NCBI GenBank assembly: GCA_964632485.1
Contig: CAZWDO010000002.1
Coordinates: forward strand, 1-64,000
Source: an uncultured bacterium
GTDB lineage: Bacteria > JAGOEH01
Length of the DNA stretch: 64,000 nucleotides
Direction: 5' to 3'
How positions within the stretch are numbered: the first letter of the stretch is position 1; each line of letters starts with the position of its first letter. Shown here in pieces: positions 49,134-59,877 of the stretch. The position numbers were made by a program, and so were the translations under genes. The notes below the pieces were generated by a model, which saw only the letters and a program-made list of their open reading frames with translations, had not been told where the DNA came from and made no database searches.

Positions 49134-49888
49134 GGATGAGTCGTTTCTTTTTTTAAAGCTTGAAGTATTTTTTGATCGGTAAGGGTCAACATCAGGGGTG
49201 TAATAGAGACATATCCCTGTTGAGTTGTGTAAAAATCCGCTTCAGGGTCGCCATCCCAAAAAGGCCCTTCGCCACCAATTGTAAAATACAAGTCACCGTC
49301 TTCATTATAGCGATGAACCAATTCATCTTTATAGTAGCGTTTTCCCAAATGGGTGTAGCGTATTCCCAATAATTTTTCAAATGGATAGCCGCTATAATTC
49401 ACATTGATAATTTTTGCATTTTTAAGATGGATAAAACGCGGAATAATTATATCGATAAATGGCAGAATGGGGAGGAAATAGTGATCGTCGCGGGGATCGA
49501 CGCAAGAAATTGCGATTGATTTGACTCCCCTGAAAGCGCCTTCCAGGGCAGCGCCGACAGTCCCGCTGTAAAAAACGTCTTCTCCCATATTCGCGCCGTG
49601 GTTAATCCCTGATATGATCAGGTCCGGCTTATCTTTAAATATGTAATTGAGGGCAATGAATACAGAATCAACTGGGGTTCCGGAAACCGAAAACTCACGA
49701 GGCCCCAATTGTTTTGCCCATAAAGGCGAACGTAGGGATATCGAGTGCGAAGTCGCGCTTTTTTCGCTGTCCGGCGCGACCACCCATACTTCATGGTGCG
49801 CGCTGAGGTGATCTTTTAAGATTTGGATGCCGCGGGCTTGGATACCATCGTCGTTGGTTAATAATATTCGCATATCGCGCCTATTCAC
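49130..49888 (-). CDS. surE: 5'/3'-nucleotidase SurE
   Basis: ILLTNDDG, GTPVD, SGINHGAN, YSGTV. Confidence 0.96.
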   Translation of the reverse strand: MNRRDMRILLTNDDGIQARGIQILKDHLSAHHEVWVVAPDSEKSATSHSISLRSPLWAKQLGPREFSVSGTPVDSVFIALNYIFKDKPDLIISGINHGANMGEDVFYSGTVGAALEGAFRGVKSIAISCVDPRDDHYFLPILPFIDIIIPRFIHLKNAKIINVNYSGYPFEKLLGIRYTHLGKRYYKDELVHRYNEDGDLYFTIGGEGPFWDGDPEADFYTTQQGYVSITPLMLTLTDQKILQALKKETTHP

Positions 49889-51453
49889 TCATCTCTATTC
49901 GGGAGGGCATAGAGGATCGGATAGACCTCGGTTTGGATTAAGTAGCGAAAAAATTGATTTTGAAAAAGGCTATACATTGAACGGAGTTCCAAGCTGAGCA
50001 TCAGAAATACTCCTCCCTTCTGCGCAGTTGGAATGTACCAGTAATTAGTACTCTGGATTAAAACAGTTTGGCTGGCGGATTGAGGCCATATTACGTCAAG
50101 TTCTTCTGCTTCAACGGTATCAATTGCGGTAATTGTGTGTTGTACGATCTTCATGCCTTTTGTTTCCGGTACATCATAGTATAAAAAATGGTGGCGATCC
50201 AGCCAATTCACCAGCGCCGTATCATTTTTTTCAATGAGATAAGCAGTGGGGGAAGCAGTTTGATAGCGGCTTTTTGTGATCGAATGGTAAGGACGAAGGC
50301 AAAGAACCGTGTCGTGGGAATTATTTAATTCAATTAACGGCAATTCAAGGCATCGTTCGGTTTCTACATGTTCGAGCAAAGTTATGGTTTTATTTAGGGG
50401 GTATGATTTGGATGCCTGGTTCCGGTCCTGGTGAATTCTATTTTTTATGAATGAACGGTTATGGCGGCAGAATTCCAGAAACCCTCTTACCGCGCTCAAT
50501 TGCCCTTCGCTACGCCGCTGGATTCGATCGGTACCGGTCTGGCCGTTTCTGCCTTCCAATATCAATGACCAGGTATGTTGCAGTCCAAAACTTTGACGTC
50601 CATCATTAAAATGAGTGGTGCTATGGCGCAAGCGCGTATCAGGGGAACCCACCACATATTCGGAACACGTAAAAGAATGGTTTGCCAGATAATTGCTTAT
50701 AAAGGGCATAAACTCATTCTTACTGAATTTAATAAGAGTGGAATCGGTGTTGGGATTAGTTAAACACCCCCATTGTTCGTCCATTCTTTTAATGAAACCA
50801 AATTTCTGCCAAGCTTCACTGTAGGGCGAGTATTCATGAATGTCCAGAGTGACTTCCGGCTGAAATAACCAGAAGAGATGATGCAGCGCCTGGTTTTCTT
50901 TTTGTGTCAGGAGTTGATGATCCCGATTCATTTCTGGCATTTCTTAATTTTGCAGGTAAAGCGGGTGCCCATCAGGTAACGTTTAGAATAATGGGAAAAC
51001 CCAGGGTAACACAGGATCAAATCTNNNNNNNNNNTTTCTTCGTTCATCCTGATCACCGCCATAGGGGTTCATCTGAGGGATAATAATCAATTCGAGTGAA
51101 TCGCTCAGGGTATCCAGTTCATGTTGGGCGAATTGCGCCAGCAAAGCTAATAGAGCTTCTTTCCCGGATGGTTCGTTCCCATGTTGTTGGGCAAAGATTA
51201 AAATTTTCAGGGGATCTGGGCAGCTTGTTTGGGCAGCATGAATATGTATTCCCAAAATCGGCCGCTGATCCGCAGATTCCCCAATGTGGATCAGTTCCAT
51301 ATCGATATTCAAGCCGGCGCATTCGGCAATAAATTGTTGGACTTCCTTACAGGTTGTTAATTGTTGAAACTGGTTCTGTTCAAGGGGAGTTCGAAGCGCT
51401 TCACCAGCCCAAATGGATGTTGATGCTAAGAATAACCAGATTAACCATTTCAT
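49885..51453 (-). CDS. Secreted M14 zinc carboxypeptidase-family protein, split by N gap 51025-51034
   Basis: Signal peptide; QHGNE (HxxE), MNPYG, NRDH, LDIHE, LILEGR. Confidence 0.8.
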
Positions 51454-51460
51454 AAAAACC

Positions 51461-52297
51461 TCACATGTTAAAAATTCGTATAAAACTGCCGGCTGGAAAT
51501 TCACCCTGGTCATAAGGGATGACTAATTCGCCGACAGTGAGCTGATATTGAGCGGTTTCCTTGAATGCCATCATCAACTGTTTTAAAACCTGCGGGGTAA
51601 AACCAGGAGTATGGCAGCTCAAATGAAGAAACGAATTATTTTTTTCGAGTAATTGAAATAACATAGAGAGTAGCGGATAGATATGTTCTTCCAATTTCCA
51701 AACTTCGCCTTTGGGGCCCCGGCCAAAAGAGGGGGGGTCCAGGATTATCCCGTGGTATCGGTTTTTACGTCGGATTTCACGTTGGACGAAGCGTTGGGCA
51801 TCCTCTGTCAGCCAATGAATGCGGGCGGATTCCAAACGATTGAGCCTGGCGTTTTCTCGGGCCCAGTCAACGACCCCCCGCGCGGCATCCAGATGAGTGA
51901 CTTCCGCTCCGAGTCGGGCGCAGACCATGCTGCTACCCCCGGTATAAGCGAACAGGTTCAATATACGCGCAGATTGGGGCAAGCGCGGGATAATTTCTTC
52001 AAACCAACTCCATTCCGATGCCTGTTCGGGAAATAAGCCGACATTGCCCAAACCTGTGGGCTTAATAATAAAATCTAAGGAATTAAAATGCGTTTGCCAG
52101 GAAATCGGCAATTTTTGTTTGAAATCCCATTCCCCTTCCCCGGAGGCTTTACGTATGAATTGAGCCGAATGGTTCTCAAATTTTTTATTTAATGGCCAAA
52201 CCGCCAGAGATGCCGGTCGTGTCAATATATATGACCCAAACTTTTCATATTTCTGGAAATCACCGGCCGTTATAAATTGGTAATTCGTTTTTTTCAT
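51461..52297 (-). CDS. Class I SAM-dependent methyltransferase (RlmI/RlmK-like)
   Basis: GLFPEQ, LNLFAYTGG, ILDPPSFG. Confidence 0.85.
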   Translation of the reverse strand: MKKTNYQFITAGDFQKYEKFGSYILTRPASLAVWPLNKKFENHSAQFIRKASGEGEWDFKQKLPISWQTHFNSLDFIIKPTGLGNVGLFPEQASEWSWFEEIIPRLPQSARILNLFAYTGGSSMVCARLGAEVTHLDAARGVVDWARENARLNRLESARIHWLTEDAQRFVQREIRRKNRYHGIILDPPSFGRGPKGEVWKLEEHIYPLLSMLFQLLEKNNSFLHLSCHTPGFTPQVLKQLMMAFKETAQYQLTVGELVIPYDQGEFPAGSFIRIFNM

Positions 52298-52299
52298 GT

Positions 52300-52893
52300 T
52301 TATTCTCTGAATTTTTTCCGTATTTCTGTTTTTTTTGAAGGGTAGATGAAAACAAATGTATGCCAGGAATTGTCTAAATGTTGAAATAAAAGATTGGCTA
52401 GCAGTGAATCGCGCGGCGCAATTCTGAACGTTCTATCGGTAGGCTGGGGTTTGATTTTGCTTTGTAAGTAATTAACCAGAAAAAAATAATCCTCTGTAAA
52501 TTGAAGGGTATCTTTGCTGCGATTGCTGATCATAACATCAATCTGTACCTCTTCATCCGCTGAATCAATTTTTATAATTCGAGTGATCATATTTCGGCTG
52601 GAATCGGGTTGAAAAAAGAGTTCACGGAGAATGCTTGTGTTTAGCTGAAAGGCCGAATCGATTAAAATACTATCCCCAGAGCCACATCGGGTTATGGTTT
52701 GTTTCAGCAGTTTTTGCGCTAATTGCGGATTGTGGTTCTTATAATAGGCCTGTTTAGCTTGATAAAATAGACGATTGCTTTCATTTTGAAAAATCAGCTT
52801 AACTGAATCGGTATTGGATAATCCCGGAGCCTCTTTTTTTTGGCAATCACAGGCAATGATTGTAACAAGGCAAAAAAGGAGAAAAAGTTTCAT
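52300..52893 (-). CDS. Hypothetical lipoprotein
   Basis: Short signal peptide ending IIAC; tightly packed within the feoAB run. Confidence 0.6.
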   Translation of the reverse strand: MKLFLLFCLVTIIACDCQKKEAPGLSNTDSVKLIFQNESNRLFYQAKQAYYKNHNPQLAQKLLKQTITRCGSGDSILIDSAFQLNTSILRELFFQPDSSRNMITRIIKIDSADEEVQIDVMISNRSKDTLQFTEDYFFLVNYLQSKIKPQPTDRTFRIAPRDSLLANLLFQHLDNSWHTFVFIYPSKKTEIRKKFRE

Positions 52894-52895
52894 GG

Positions 52896-54824
52896 CTAAT
52901 ACGTGAATAAGGTGAAGAGTAATCTACTGATTAATACAACTGTGACCGCAATTAAAAACGTAATAATACTGATTTGTATCGCTTTTTTCCAACTGAGTTC
53001 TTTTGCCAGAACCGCTACTGTTGCCAGGCATGGGATATATAGAGTTACGAAAAGAGTATAATTAAATATTTGTTGAACGGACAACACCGCGCTGACGTCT
53101 TGAGTATTCAGAGCGTTAAAAAGCAATAACATGGCTAATTCCTTGCGCAGAATTCCGAATAATAGAGTTGTCCCCAGCGTTGCCGGGAATCCCAGTATCG
53201 TTGAAGTGAGAGGAGTTAACCCTTGATTCAGCCAGTGATCCCAATGGTAGAAAGTTGAAATTTCAATGAGCAGGCTTCCCAGGATCAGTAGCGGCCAGGC
53301 AATGACTATAAATTCCTTGATGCGGAACCAGGTTTTTTTTAACAGAATAGAGACTTGAGGGATATGGTAGGGCGGAATTTCCAAAAGAAAACCCGGATTG
53401 ACTTCTGGTAAGATTTTGGATAGAATTTTACCAGTGATTACCACGATCATCAGGTTGATGACATAAATTGCCAGAGCTATCCAGGGAGAAATAAAAAAGC
53501 CAACCAGCGCTAAAATCACTGTCATACGGGCAGAGCAGGGGACTAATGTCGTCAATACCGACGTAATGAATTTATCCCGCGGGGATTTTAGAATTCGGGT
53601 GGCCATAATACCCGGAACGGTGCAGCCATATCCAATAATCAGGGGGATAATCGAGGTTCCATGAAGACCGATGTGGTGCATCATATTGTCGATCAGATAG
53701 GCGATGCGTGTTAAGTAACCGGTATCTTCCAGAAAAGAAAGAATGATGAAAAAGATTAACAAATAGGGAATAACGATCGCGCCGCCGGTAATGCCTTGGA
53801 TCAATCCTATTAAAAGAAATGAATAGAGTGTTTCCCCGCCGATGTTCAATGTTAGCCAGCTATTAAAATCTTCAGATAGCGAGAGAAAAATGGGTTCAAA
53901 AAGGCTTCCACAATAAAAAATTAACTGAAACATGGTGTAAATGATTGCGATCAAAAAAATGTAGCCCCAAAAAGGATGTAGCAACAAATCATCAATTTTT
54001 TGGCGTAGATCCAGACGATGATGAGCGCCGATTGTCGCTACTTTTTCAAAGATTTGAAACGAAGAGTGATGACGCGCGGAACTGACAATTAATGAACTAT
54101 CCTGTTTAAAAGATTGTTCGAGCCGATGGCGCAATTGTTGCAAATTAAGCCATTCAGGAGCGCTGATCTTATTTTTTACCGCATTGACGATCAATCGTTC
54201 ATCCTCAAGAATCTTAATGGCTAAAAACTGAGAGGGCCACTGCCAAGAGGATGGATGAAGATCGATCACAGTGGTCATTTGCTCGATTGTTTCCTGTAAA
54301 ATTTCCGGATAGCTAATCACCGGGGGTATCTGCCGTTTTTGAAATGCCTGGTAAGCTTGCCGGAAAAGATCAGCCACACCGATACCTTTACGCCCTATTG
54401 TTTTAACTACGGAAATTTTTACTAAATCCTCCAGTTTTCTGTCATTGATTTCAATCCCTTTGCGCTTGGCTTCATCAATCATATTCAACCCAATAACCAT
54501 CGGGATTTGGAGCTCCATTAATTGCAGGGTCAATTCCAGGCTTCTGGAGAGCACGGAAGAGTCGATCATATTGATGATGACGCACTCATGAGCAGAGAAT
54601 AATAAGTATTTAGCTGTTTCCAATTCAGCTTCATCGGTTGAGTAAATCGAATAGGTTCCGGGAAGATCAATGACTTCAATTTTTTCGTTCGCCAGCTCAA
54701 GGAATCCGGAAGTATATTGCACAGTTGCGCCCGGAAAATTCGCGCATATCGATTGATAACCGATCGTTTCATTGAAAATCGTACTTTTACCGCAATTTGG
54801 TTGGCCCACAAGAATGAATTTCAT
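52896..54824 (-). CDS. feoB: Ferrous iron transporter FeoB
   Basis: GQPNCGKST, DLPG, NMID, LEDTGY, GYGCTVP, PCSAR. Confidence 0.96.
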   Translation of the reverse strand: MKFILVGQPNCGKSTIFNETIGYQSICANFPGATVQYTSGFLELANEKIEVIDLPGTYSIYSTDEAELETAKYLLFSAHECVIINMIDSSVLSRSLELTLQLMELQIPMVIGLNMIDEAKRKGIEINDRKLEDLVKISVVKTIGRKGIGVADLFRQAYQAFQKRQIPPVISYPEILQETIEQMTTVIDLHPSSWQWPSQFLAIKILEDERLIVNAVKNKISAPEWLNLQQLRHRLEQSFKQDSSLIVSSARHHSSFQIFEKVATIGAHHRLDLRQKIDDLLLHPFWGYIFLIAIIYTMFQLIFYCGSLFEPIFLSLSEDFNSWLTLNIGGETLYSFLLIGLIQGITGGAIVIPYLLIFFIILSFLEDTGYLTRIAYLIDNMMHHIGLHGTSIIPLIIGYGCTVPGIMATRILKSPRDKFITSVLTTLVPCSARMTVILALVGFFISPWIALAIYVINLMIVVITGKILSKILPEVNPGFLLEIPPYHIPQVSILLKKTWFRIKEFIVIAWPLLILGSLLIEISTFYHWDHWLNQGLTPLTSTILGFPATLGTTLLFGILRKELAMLLLFNALNTQDVSAVLSVQQIFNYTLFVTLYIPCLATVAVLAKELSWKKAIQISIITFLIAVTVVLISRLLFTLFTY

Positions 54825-55057
54825 TATTCCTCGCTTGAAACGATAATCTTTTGCGCCAGGCCATACCCAATGGCTAATTCATTTTGATGTATTTCGATGA
54901 TGAGCGGGTGATGAAATGAAGTTTTACGAATAATATTGATCTCATCACCCACATGAATACCCATTTGGTTCAGATTTAAAGTAGCTTCTTTCCCGGCCTG
55001 GATCGCAACGACTTTCACACGATGGCCAAGATTACACTCAGTAAGTTTTTTTTCCAA
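54824..55057 (-). CDS. feoA: FeoA family protein
   Basis: 77 aa, LNQMGIHVG...LAQKIIV; directly upstream of feoB. Confidence 0.9.
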   Translation of the reverse strand: MEKKLTECNLGHRVKVVAIQAGKEATLNLNQMGIHVGDEINIIRKTSFHHPLIIEIHQNELAIGYGLAQKIIVSSEE

Positions 55058-55083
55058 TATAGGACCTTTTTTTGTGTTGCCTA

Positions 55084-55189
55084 AAATTAATCGTTTTTGT
55101 CTTCTTTGTCAAGCACTTTTTTAGGAAATTTTATATTCATTAGATTGGAGGAAAATTTATCTTGACAATTTCTCATAAAATATTATATT
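55084..55189. promoter_or_regulatory. Divergent sigma70-type promoters for feoAB (minus) and the site-2 protease run (plus)
   Basis: Minus TTGACA(55112-55107)-17-TAATTT; plus TTGACA(55162-55167)-16-TATATT(55184-55189). Confidence 0.65.
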
Positions 55190-55195
55190 GGGCAA

Positions 55196-56071
55196 ATGAA
55201 ACTGAATGTTTACGCGATTGATCCTGATTTAACCCCCCCCAAATTAATTTTGCAAATTAGTTTATATATCATCACTTTTTTGACAATTAGTTTAGCTGGA
55301 AGTACTTACCCATTAACTTATTGGGACGATTGGTTTCGGGTATTGGCGTCGGGATTTTATTTTTCGATTCCCTTGATGCTGATTCTCACTGCTCATGAAA
55401 TGGGGCACTATCTGATGGCGGTTAAGTATGAAGTCAAATCCAGTTTACCCTGGTTTATTCCCTTTCCAACTCTTTTTGGAACAGCCGGGGCGTATATCCG
55501 TATGAAATCATCAATTCCGAACCGGCAGGCATTATTTGATATCGGAGCTGCCGGTCCCTTAGCTGGGTTTATTGTGGCCACGATTTTCATTCTTATCGGA
55601 TTGCCCTTTTCAGATTCTACTTCGGCGGGTTTGGACTTGGATATCCCTAATATTATCCTCGGGGAATCCCTTCTTTTCAAGTTTTTCAGTTGGCTTCTCC
55701 TGCGTGGGGCCACAGACCCTGACACCCAGTATATAATCCACCCGACTGCTTTTGCCGGCTGGGTTGGGTATTTAGTTACTTTTATGAATCTGATGCCTGT
55801 TGGCCAATTGGATGGTGGCCATGTTATTTATGCAATGTTCGGGAAAAAACATCAATGGTTTGCAATTAGTTTTTTTTTACTCTTATTACCTCTGATCTTC
55901 GTTTTTCCCGGTTGGGGAGTCTGGGCGATTTTAATGTTGTTTTTAGGCTTAAAGCATCCCGCGGTGTTTTTCGATTATGACCCATTAGATACCAAACGCT
56001 ATTATTTGGGTTATTGCATCATGGCCGTTTTTGTACTCACTTTTATGCCCACACCGTTTCATTTTAACTGA
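55196..56071 (+). CDS. Site-2 protease family (M50) intramembrane metalloprotease
   Basis: HEMGH, AGPLAG, NLMPVGQLDGGH. Confidence 0.93.
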   Translation: MKLNVYAIDPDLTPPKLILQISLYIITFLTISLAGSTYPLTYWDDWFRVLASGFYFSIPLMLILTAHEMGHYLMAVKYEVKSSLPWFIPFPTLFGTAGAYIRMKSSIPNRQALFDIGAAGPLAGFIVATIFILIGLPFSDSTSAGLDLDIPNIILGESLLFKFFSWLLLRGATDPDTQYIIHPTAFAGWVGYLVTFMNLMPVGQLDGGHVIYAMFGKKHQWFAISFFLLLLPLIFVFPGWGVWAILMLFLGLKHPAVFFDYDPLDTKRYYLGYCIMAVFVLTFMPTPFHFN

Positions 56072-56072
56072 T

Positions 56073-58118
56073 ATGGCTTGTTATCAACTTGAATTGACAG
56101 ATTTTCATAATCCTCGCGACTATCGGCAATTGAACGCTTTTTTACAGTCGGGAGGTACCGTCCATCTTATTCAATGCGAAGGAAACGCCGTTAGAATTAA
56201 AACCGCTCAACCGATTGAACAGGTTGTCAGCGAAATTATTTCTGAAGGATGGAAAGTTGCTTCAGTAGAAGCGATTGAATATTCAAATCCAACTGTTATT
56301 ATTAATAAAGCTTTTTTACTCTCTTTTGTTTATAAACCGCAAAAAATTCAATCTTTTATTTCAGATTTGAGTAAAATGAATGGAATTGAAAACTGTACCT
56401 ACCATGTTCCCCTAAATACGATTTTTTTATCCTTCAATCGATATTTATTGCATGAAAATGAAATAAATTTGTTTTTCAAACAAAATAAAATTTTTTTTAT
56501 TCGGGATGTGGAAAATGAAATTCCCCTCTTAATTGTTCCTATCCGATTTTCATTATATAGCCTTCCTTTTCTCTGTTTTTTTGAACTGATTTTTTTTAAA
56601 TGGTTCCCTTTTATGGGTATTTTTACCGGTTTATTTTATTTGATATATCTTTACACACTTTTTTCAAAAAAAGGGATCTATTCCTGGCAATCAATTTTAG
56701 CGGCTCCCCTGGCAAATTACCGGATATGGTGCCCTCATTTTTTTGTGTTGTTTTTTCTGATTATAGATACATTTTCCCCTGCATCAACCAAATTTTTAGC
56801 CTGGGCGACATTGTTGGGTGTTTTTGAGCCGTTGGGTTTGAGTTTAATGCATTCTCAGTGGTGTCGTAAAAGAATTTTTAAACAGGTTGATCCCTGGAAA
56901 GACCTTCCCATTACGGGTGTTATATCGAAAAATATCATGGACCCAAAAATATTTTTAAAAGCCATTTCGATTGCGCCTGTTTTCTTGTTTTTTATACTGT
57001 TAGCAGAGATTATCTTCCACTTCAACTATATCCATTATGCGCCTCATTGGAATTTTTATTTCTTCATCGGATTGTTTATGATCCTGAATCCTGATTTTTA
57101 TTTTCGCATGTTAAACGGTTATTTTGCTTTGATCATCGACAGACTTCGCAGTAAAGGAATCGGTTTAAGCAACGCGGAGCAACTGTTCCATTTAGTAGGT
57201 ATCAAAGATATTTTTTTTAATGATGATACGATTGTTGACAATAAAGAACATAAACTGATAAAAAGCGTGCCATCCATTGATTTTACAAAGCATGAAGTTA
57301 TAAAACTGGCCTATTCATTGAGCATTTGGGGTAATCATGACAATGATCGTAAAATCAGCGCTTTAGCCCAGGAATATCAGCTCGTTCCCTATCAGACTTC
57401 TCAATGTCTGGCCGTAAGTGAAATCGATAAACAGGCAATTGTTTCCATAAATGGAACGGAATCATTAGCGCGTTTAGGAAGTCTGGACTGGGTAAAAGGC
57501 TTGTCTATTAAACCTGGCGATCTTTATCATCAAGCGTTGGAATATGAAAATAATGGCAGGGAAGTATGGGTCATTTGCATCGACAATCGATGGGTGGGTT
57601 TACTGGTTTTTCAAATTTGTATTAATGCGGATTGTAAGCTTGTTATCAATACCCTGCGGGATAAAGGATACCGTTTATCCTGGATAGTTCCCTACTATCA
57701 TCAATATATGCATTATCTTGACGTTGATCTTGGTCTTGAATCCATAATCCCACTTAAATCATTTAAGGATTTTGGGGATAGTGACCGGATTGTTCTAACC
57801 CATGCCATTAATCCGTTTTTTTATGGAAAGAATCTGCTTATTCCGGTCCTTATCACTAAAAATCAGATAGAGGGACCTGGCTGGGTGCATGGTGTAGTGC
57901 TTACATTGGCGGATGGAGAGTCATTTATCTATTTGTTGGAACAGGCCTCTATTTTTATTAAACATTTACGCCGCCTTAAAAATGGCATAGCCGCCTGGAT
58001 TTTAGTTTGGATTTTAGTTATGTTTATCCCCGGAATAAGCCCTCATGTTTGGATAATGGGGTGGATGGGGGGCTTGTTTTGTTTGTTTTTAAATCGGGAA
58101 AGAGGTAGTGAACAGTGA
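56073..58118 (+). CDS. Membrane protein with a degenerate heavy-metal (P1B) P-type ATPase-like layout; catalytic motifs absent
   Basis: KGIGLSNAEQLFHLVGIKDIFFNDDT aligns by eye to GILIK..EALE.L..VD.VVFDKTGT; N- and P-domain-like segments follow; multiple TMs. Confidence 0.55.
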   Translation: MACYQLELTDFHNPRDYRQLNAFLQSGGTVHLIQCEGNAVRIKTAQPIEQVVSEIISEGWKVASVEAIEYSNPTVIINKAFLLSFVYKPQKIQSFISDLSKMNGIENCTYHVPLNTIFLSFNRYLLHENEINLFFKQNKIFFIRDVENEIPLLIVPIRFSLYSLPFLCFFELIFFKWFPFMGIFTGLFYLIYLYTLFSKKGIYSWQSILAAPLANYRIWCPHFFVLFFLIIDTFSPASTKFLAWATLLGVFEPLGLSLMHSQWCRKRIFKQVDPWKDLPITGVISKNIMDPKIFLKAISIAPVFLFFILLAEIIFHFNYIHYAPHWNFYFFIGLFMILNPDFYFRMLNGYFALIIDRLRSKGIGLSNAEQLFHLVGIKDIFFNDDTIVDNKEHKLIKSVPSIDFTKHEVIKLAYSLSIWGNHDNDRKISALAQEYQLVPYQTSQCLAVSEIDKQAIVSINGTESLARLGSLDWVKGLSIKPGDLYHQALEYENNGREVWVICIDNRWVGLLVFQICINADCKLVINTLRDKGYRLSWIVPYYHQYMHYLDVDLGLESIIPLKSFKDFGDSDRIVLTHAINPFFYGKNLLIPVLITKNQIEGPGWVHGVVLTLADGESFIYLLEQASIFIKHLRRLKNGIAAWILVWILVMFIPGISPHVWIMGWMGGLFCLFLNRERGSEQ

Positions 58119-59815
58119 AATATTTTAAAATCGTTTGTGTCGTCATTGTTTTTTCTCTTGCTCCGAAAATGGGATACGCTGAATCAATCGAATCGGTTTA
58201 TCAAAGAGGAAGTCGTATTTACCATCAGATTAAAAAGGGCAAGCTTAACAATACTCACGCTAACTGGGATAGAGCGATTCAGTCGTTTCAACAGGTTATT
58301 ACTAAAGTAAAATTTCAGCATTCACGTTGGGTTGATGCGATGTTTTCCCTGGGATTATGCTATATTGAAACAGAAAACTATCTGCGCGCTGTCAATTCAT
58401 TCCGTGAATTAATTAAGCGGGTTCCTAATCACCGGCTGTCAGACGATGCCCAGTATCTCATCGGATATTCGTTTCAGAAACGCAATGATAGCAGTCAGTC
58501 TATGCTCGAGTTTGAACGCGTCATATTCCGGTATCCTTCCGGAGATATGTATAAAAAAGCGCTGTTGGAATTGGAGAGTATGTATGCTGATCTGAAAGAT
58601 ACAACCCGCCAGCAGGAAATGTATAAATTTGTTTTTGATTCAATTGATGATTCTTATCTAAAATACAAATATCGGCAGAAAATTGAAGAGTTGTCACAGC
58701 CAAAAGTGATAGCGGATTCGACTGTTATTGACTCGAACTCCCCGTCTCAACCGATCGTCAGTGGGCGCCCTCGTTTTTTACAGGAAAAAATTTCAAGTAG
58801 TCAAAACTCATCGCGACTTGTAATTGAATTTGATCAACCGATTGAATACAAATACAATTATCTGGTTGATCGAAAAATATTATATGTTGATTTTATAGAC
58901 GGGGTTGCGCCGTCGGGATTGATTGAAAAAAAGATCAACAATGGCATTATAGAGCAGTTTAAAATTGGTCAATTCAACCCACAGACGATGAGGCTTTCCA
59001 TCTATCTTGTTGATTCGTGTCACTATCATTTATTTATGCTGGATAATCCTACCCGGCTGGTGATTGATTTTTCAAAACCCATCTATATCGATCCTGAATT
59101 AATGCGCCAAAAACCAGCCGATCTTACATTAGTCAATCAACTGAGCTTGAAGGTCAGCACAATAATCATTGATGCCGGGCATGGTGGGAAAGATCCGGGA
59201 ACCAGTTTTGGACGAAATTATGAAAAAGATATAGTTTTGACAATCGCTAAAAAATTGCAACAGCGATTGAATAAGGAACCAGAATTTCAAGCTATTTTAA
59301 CGCGGGATGATGATATTTTTTTTGCGCTGGAAGAGAGGACGGAGATCGCTAATAGTATGAATGGCGATTTATTTATTAGTTTGCATCTGAATTCAGCGCC
59401 TAAAAGTGAAGCTTCGGGGATAGAAACTTTTTATCTATCATTGACGCATGACGCCTGGTCACAGCAATTAGCGGCCCGGGAAAATGCTACCACGCTTTTA
59501 AAAATTACTGATTTGAATAATTTATTAAATCAGATTTTAATTGATTCGAAAATCAGGGAAAGCGCCCAATTCGCGCAAACTCTACATAATCAGTTGGTTA
59601 AAAAGACGAAAACTACCGATCGGGGAATCAAAAAAGCTCCTTTTATTGTTTTAATTGGCGCAAATATGCCGTCGATTCTGGTTGAATTAGGCTTTATTAC
59701 CAATAAAAAAGAACGTTCCCAGCTATTAAATAAAAAATACCAGGATCAATTAGCCGATGCTTTATTCCTGGGAATTCAGCAATACGCAGAGAGTTTGAAG
59801 AGCGGAAATTATTAG
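58115..59815 (+). CDS. N-acetylmuramoyl-L-alanine amidase (Amidase_3) with N-terminal TPR and AMIN domains
   Basis: IDAGHGGKDPG, EK, FISLHLN, SILVELGF; PTRLVIDF AMIN motif; TPR-like N-terminus. Confidence 0.92.
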   Translation: MKYFKIVCVVIVFSLAPKMGYAESIESVYQRGSRIYHQIKKGKLNNTHANWDRAIQSFQQVITKVKFQHSRWVDAMFSLGLCYIETENYLRAVNSFRELIKRVPNHRLSDDAQYLIGYSFQKRNDSSQSMLEFERVIFRYPSGDMYKKALLELESMYADLKDTTRQQEMYKFVFDSIDDSYLKYKYRQKIEELSQPKVIADSTVIDSNSPSQPIVSGRPRFLQEKISSSQNSSRLVIEFDQPIEYKYNYLVDRKILYVDFIDGVAPSGLIEKKINNGIIEQFKIGQFNPQTMRLSIYLVDSCHYHLFMLDNPTRLVIDFSKPIYIDPELMRQKPADLTLVNQLSLKVSTIIIDAGHGGKDPGTSFGRNYEKDIVLTIAKKLQQRLNKEPEFQAILTRDDDIFFALEERTEIANSMNGDLFISLHLNSAPKSEASGIETFYLSLTHDAWSQQLAARENATTLLKITDLNNLLNQILIDSKIRESAQFAQTLHNQLVKKTKTTDRGIKKAPFIVLIGANMPSILVELGFITNKKERSQLLNKKYQDQLADALFLGIQQYAESLKSGNY

Positions 59816-59877
59816 ACTGCTCGATAGCGGATTTGATTATGTCAGTTTGGTGCGCCTGTAAACTATATCCAGGAAAA

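Noticed and set aside
50935..51024. Intron or insertion in the M14 peptidase gene
   Set aside because: About 90 bp of unrelated sequence at a contig end with no intron or IS-end features; a chimeric assembly edge is more likely
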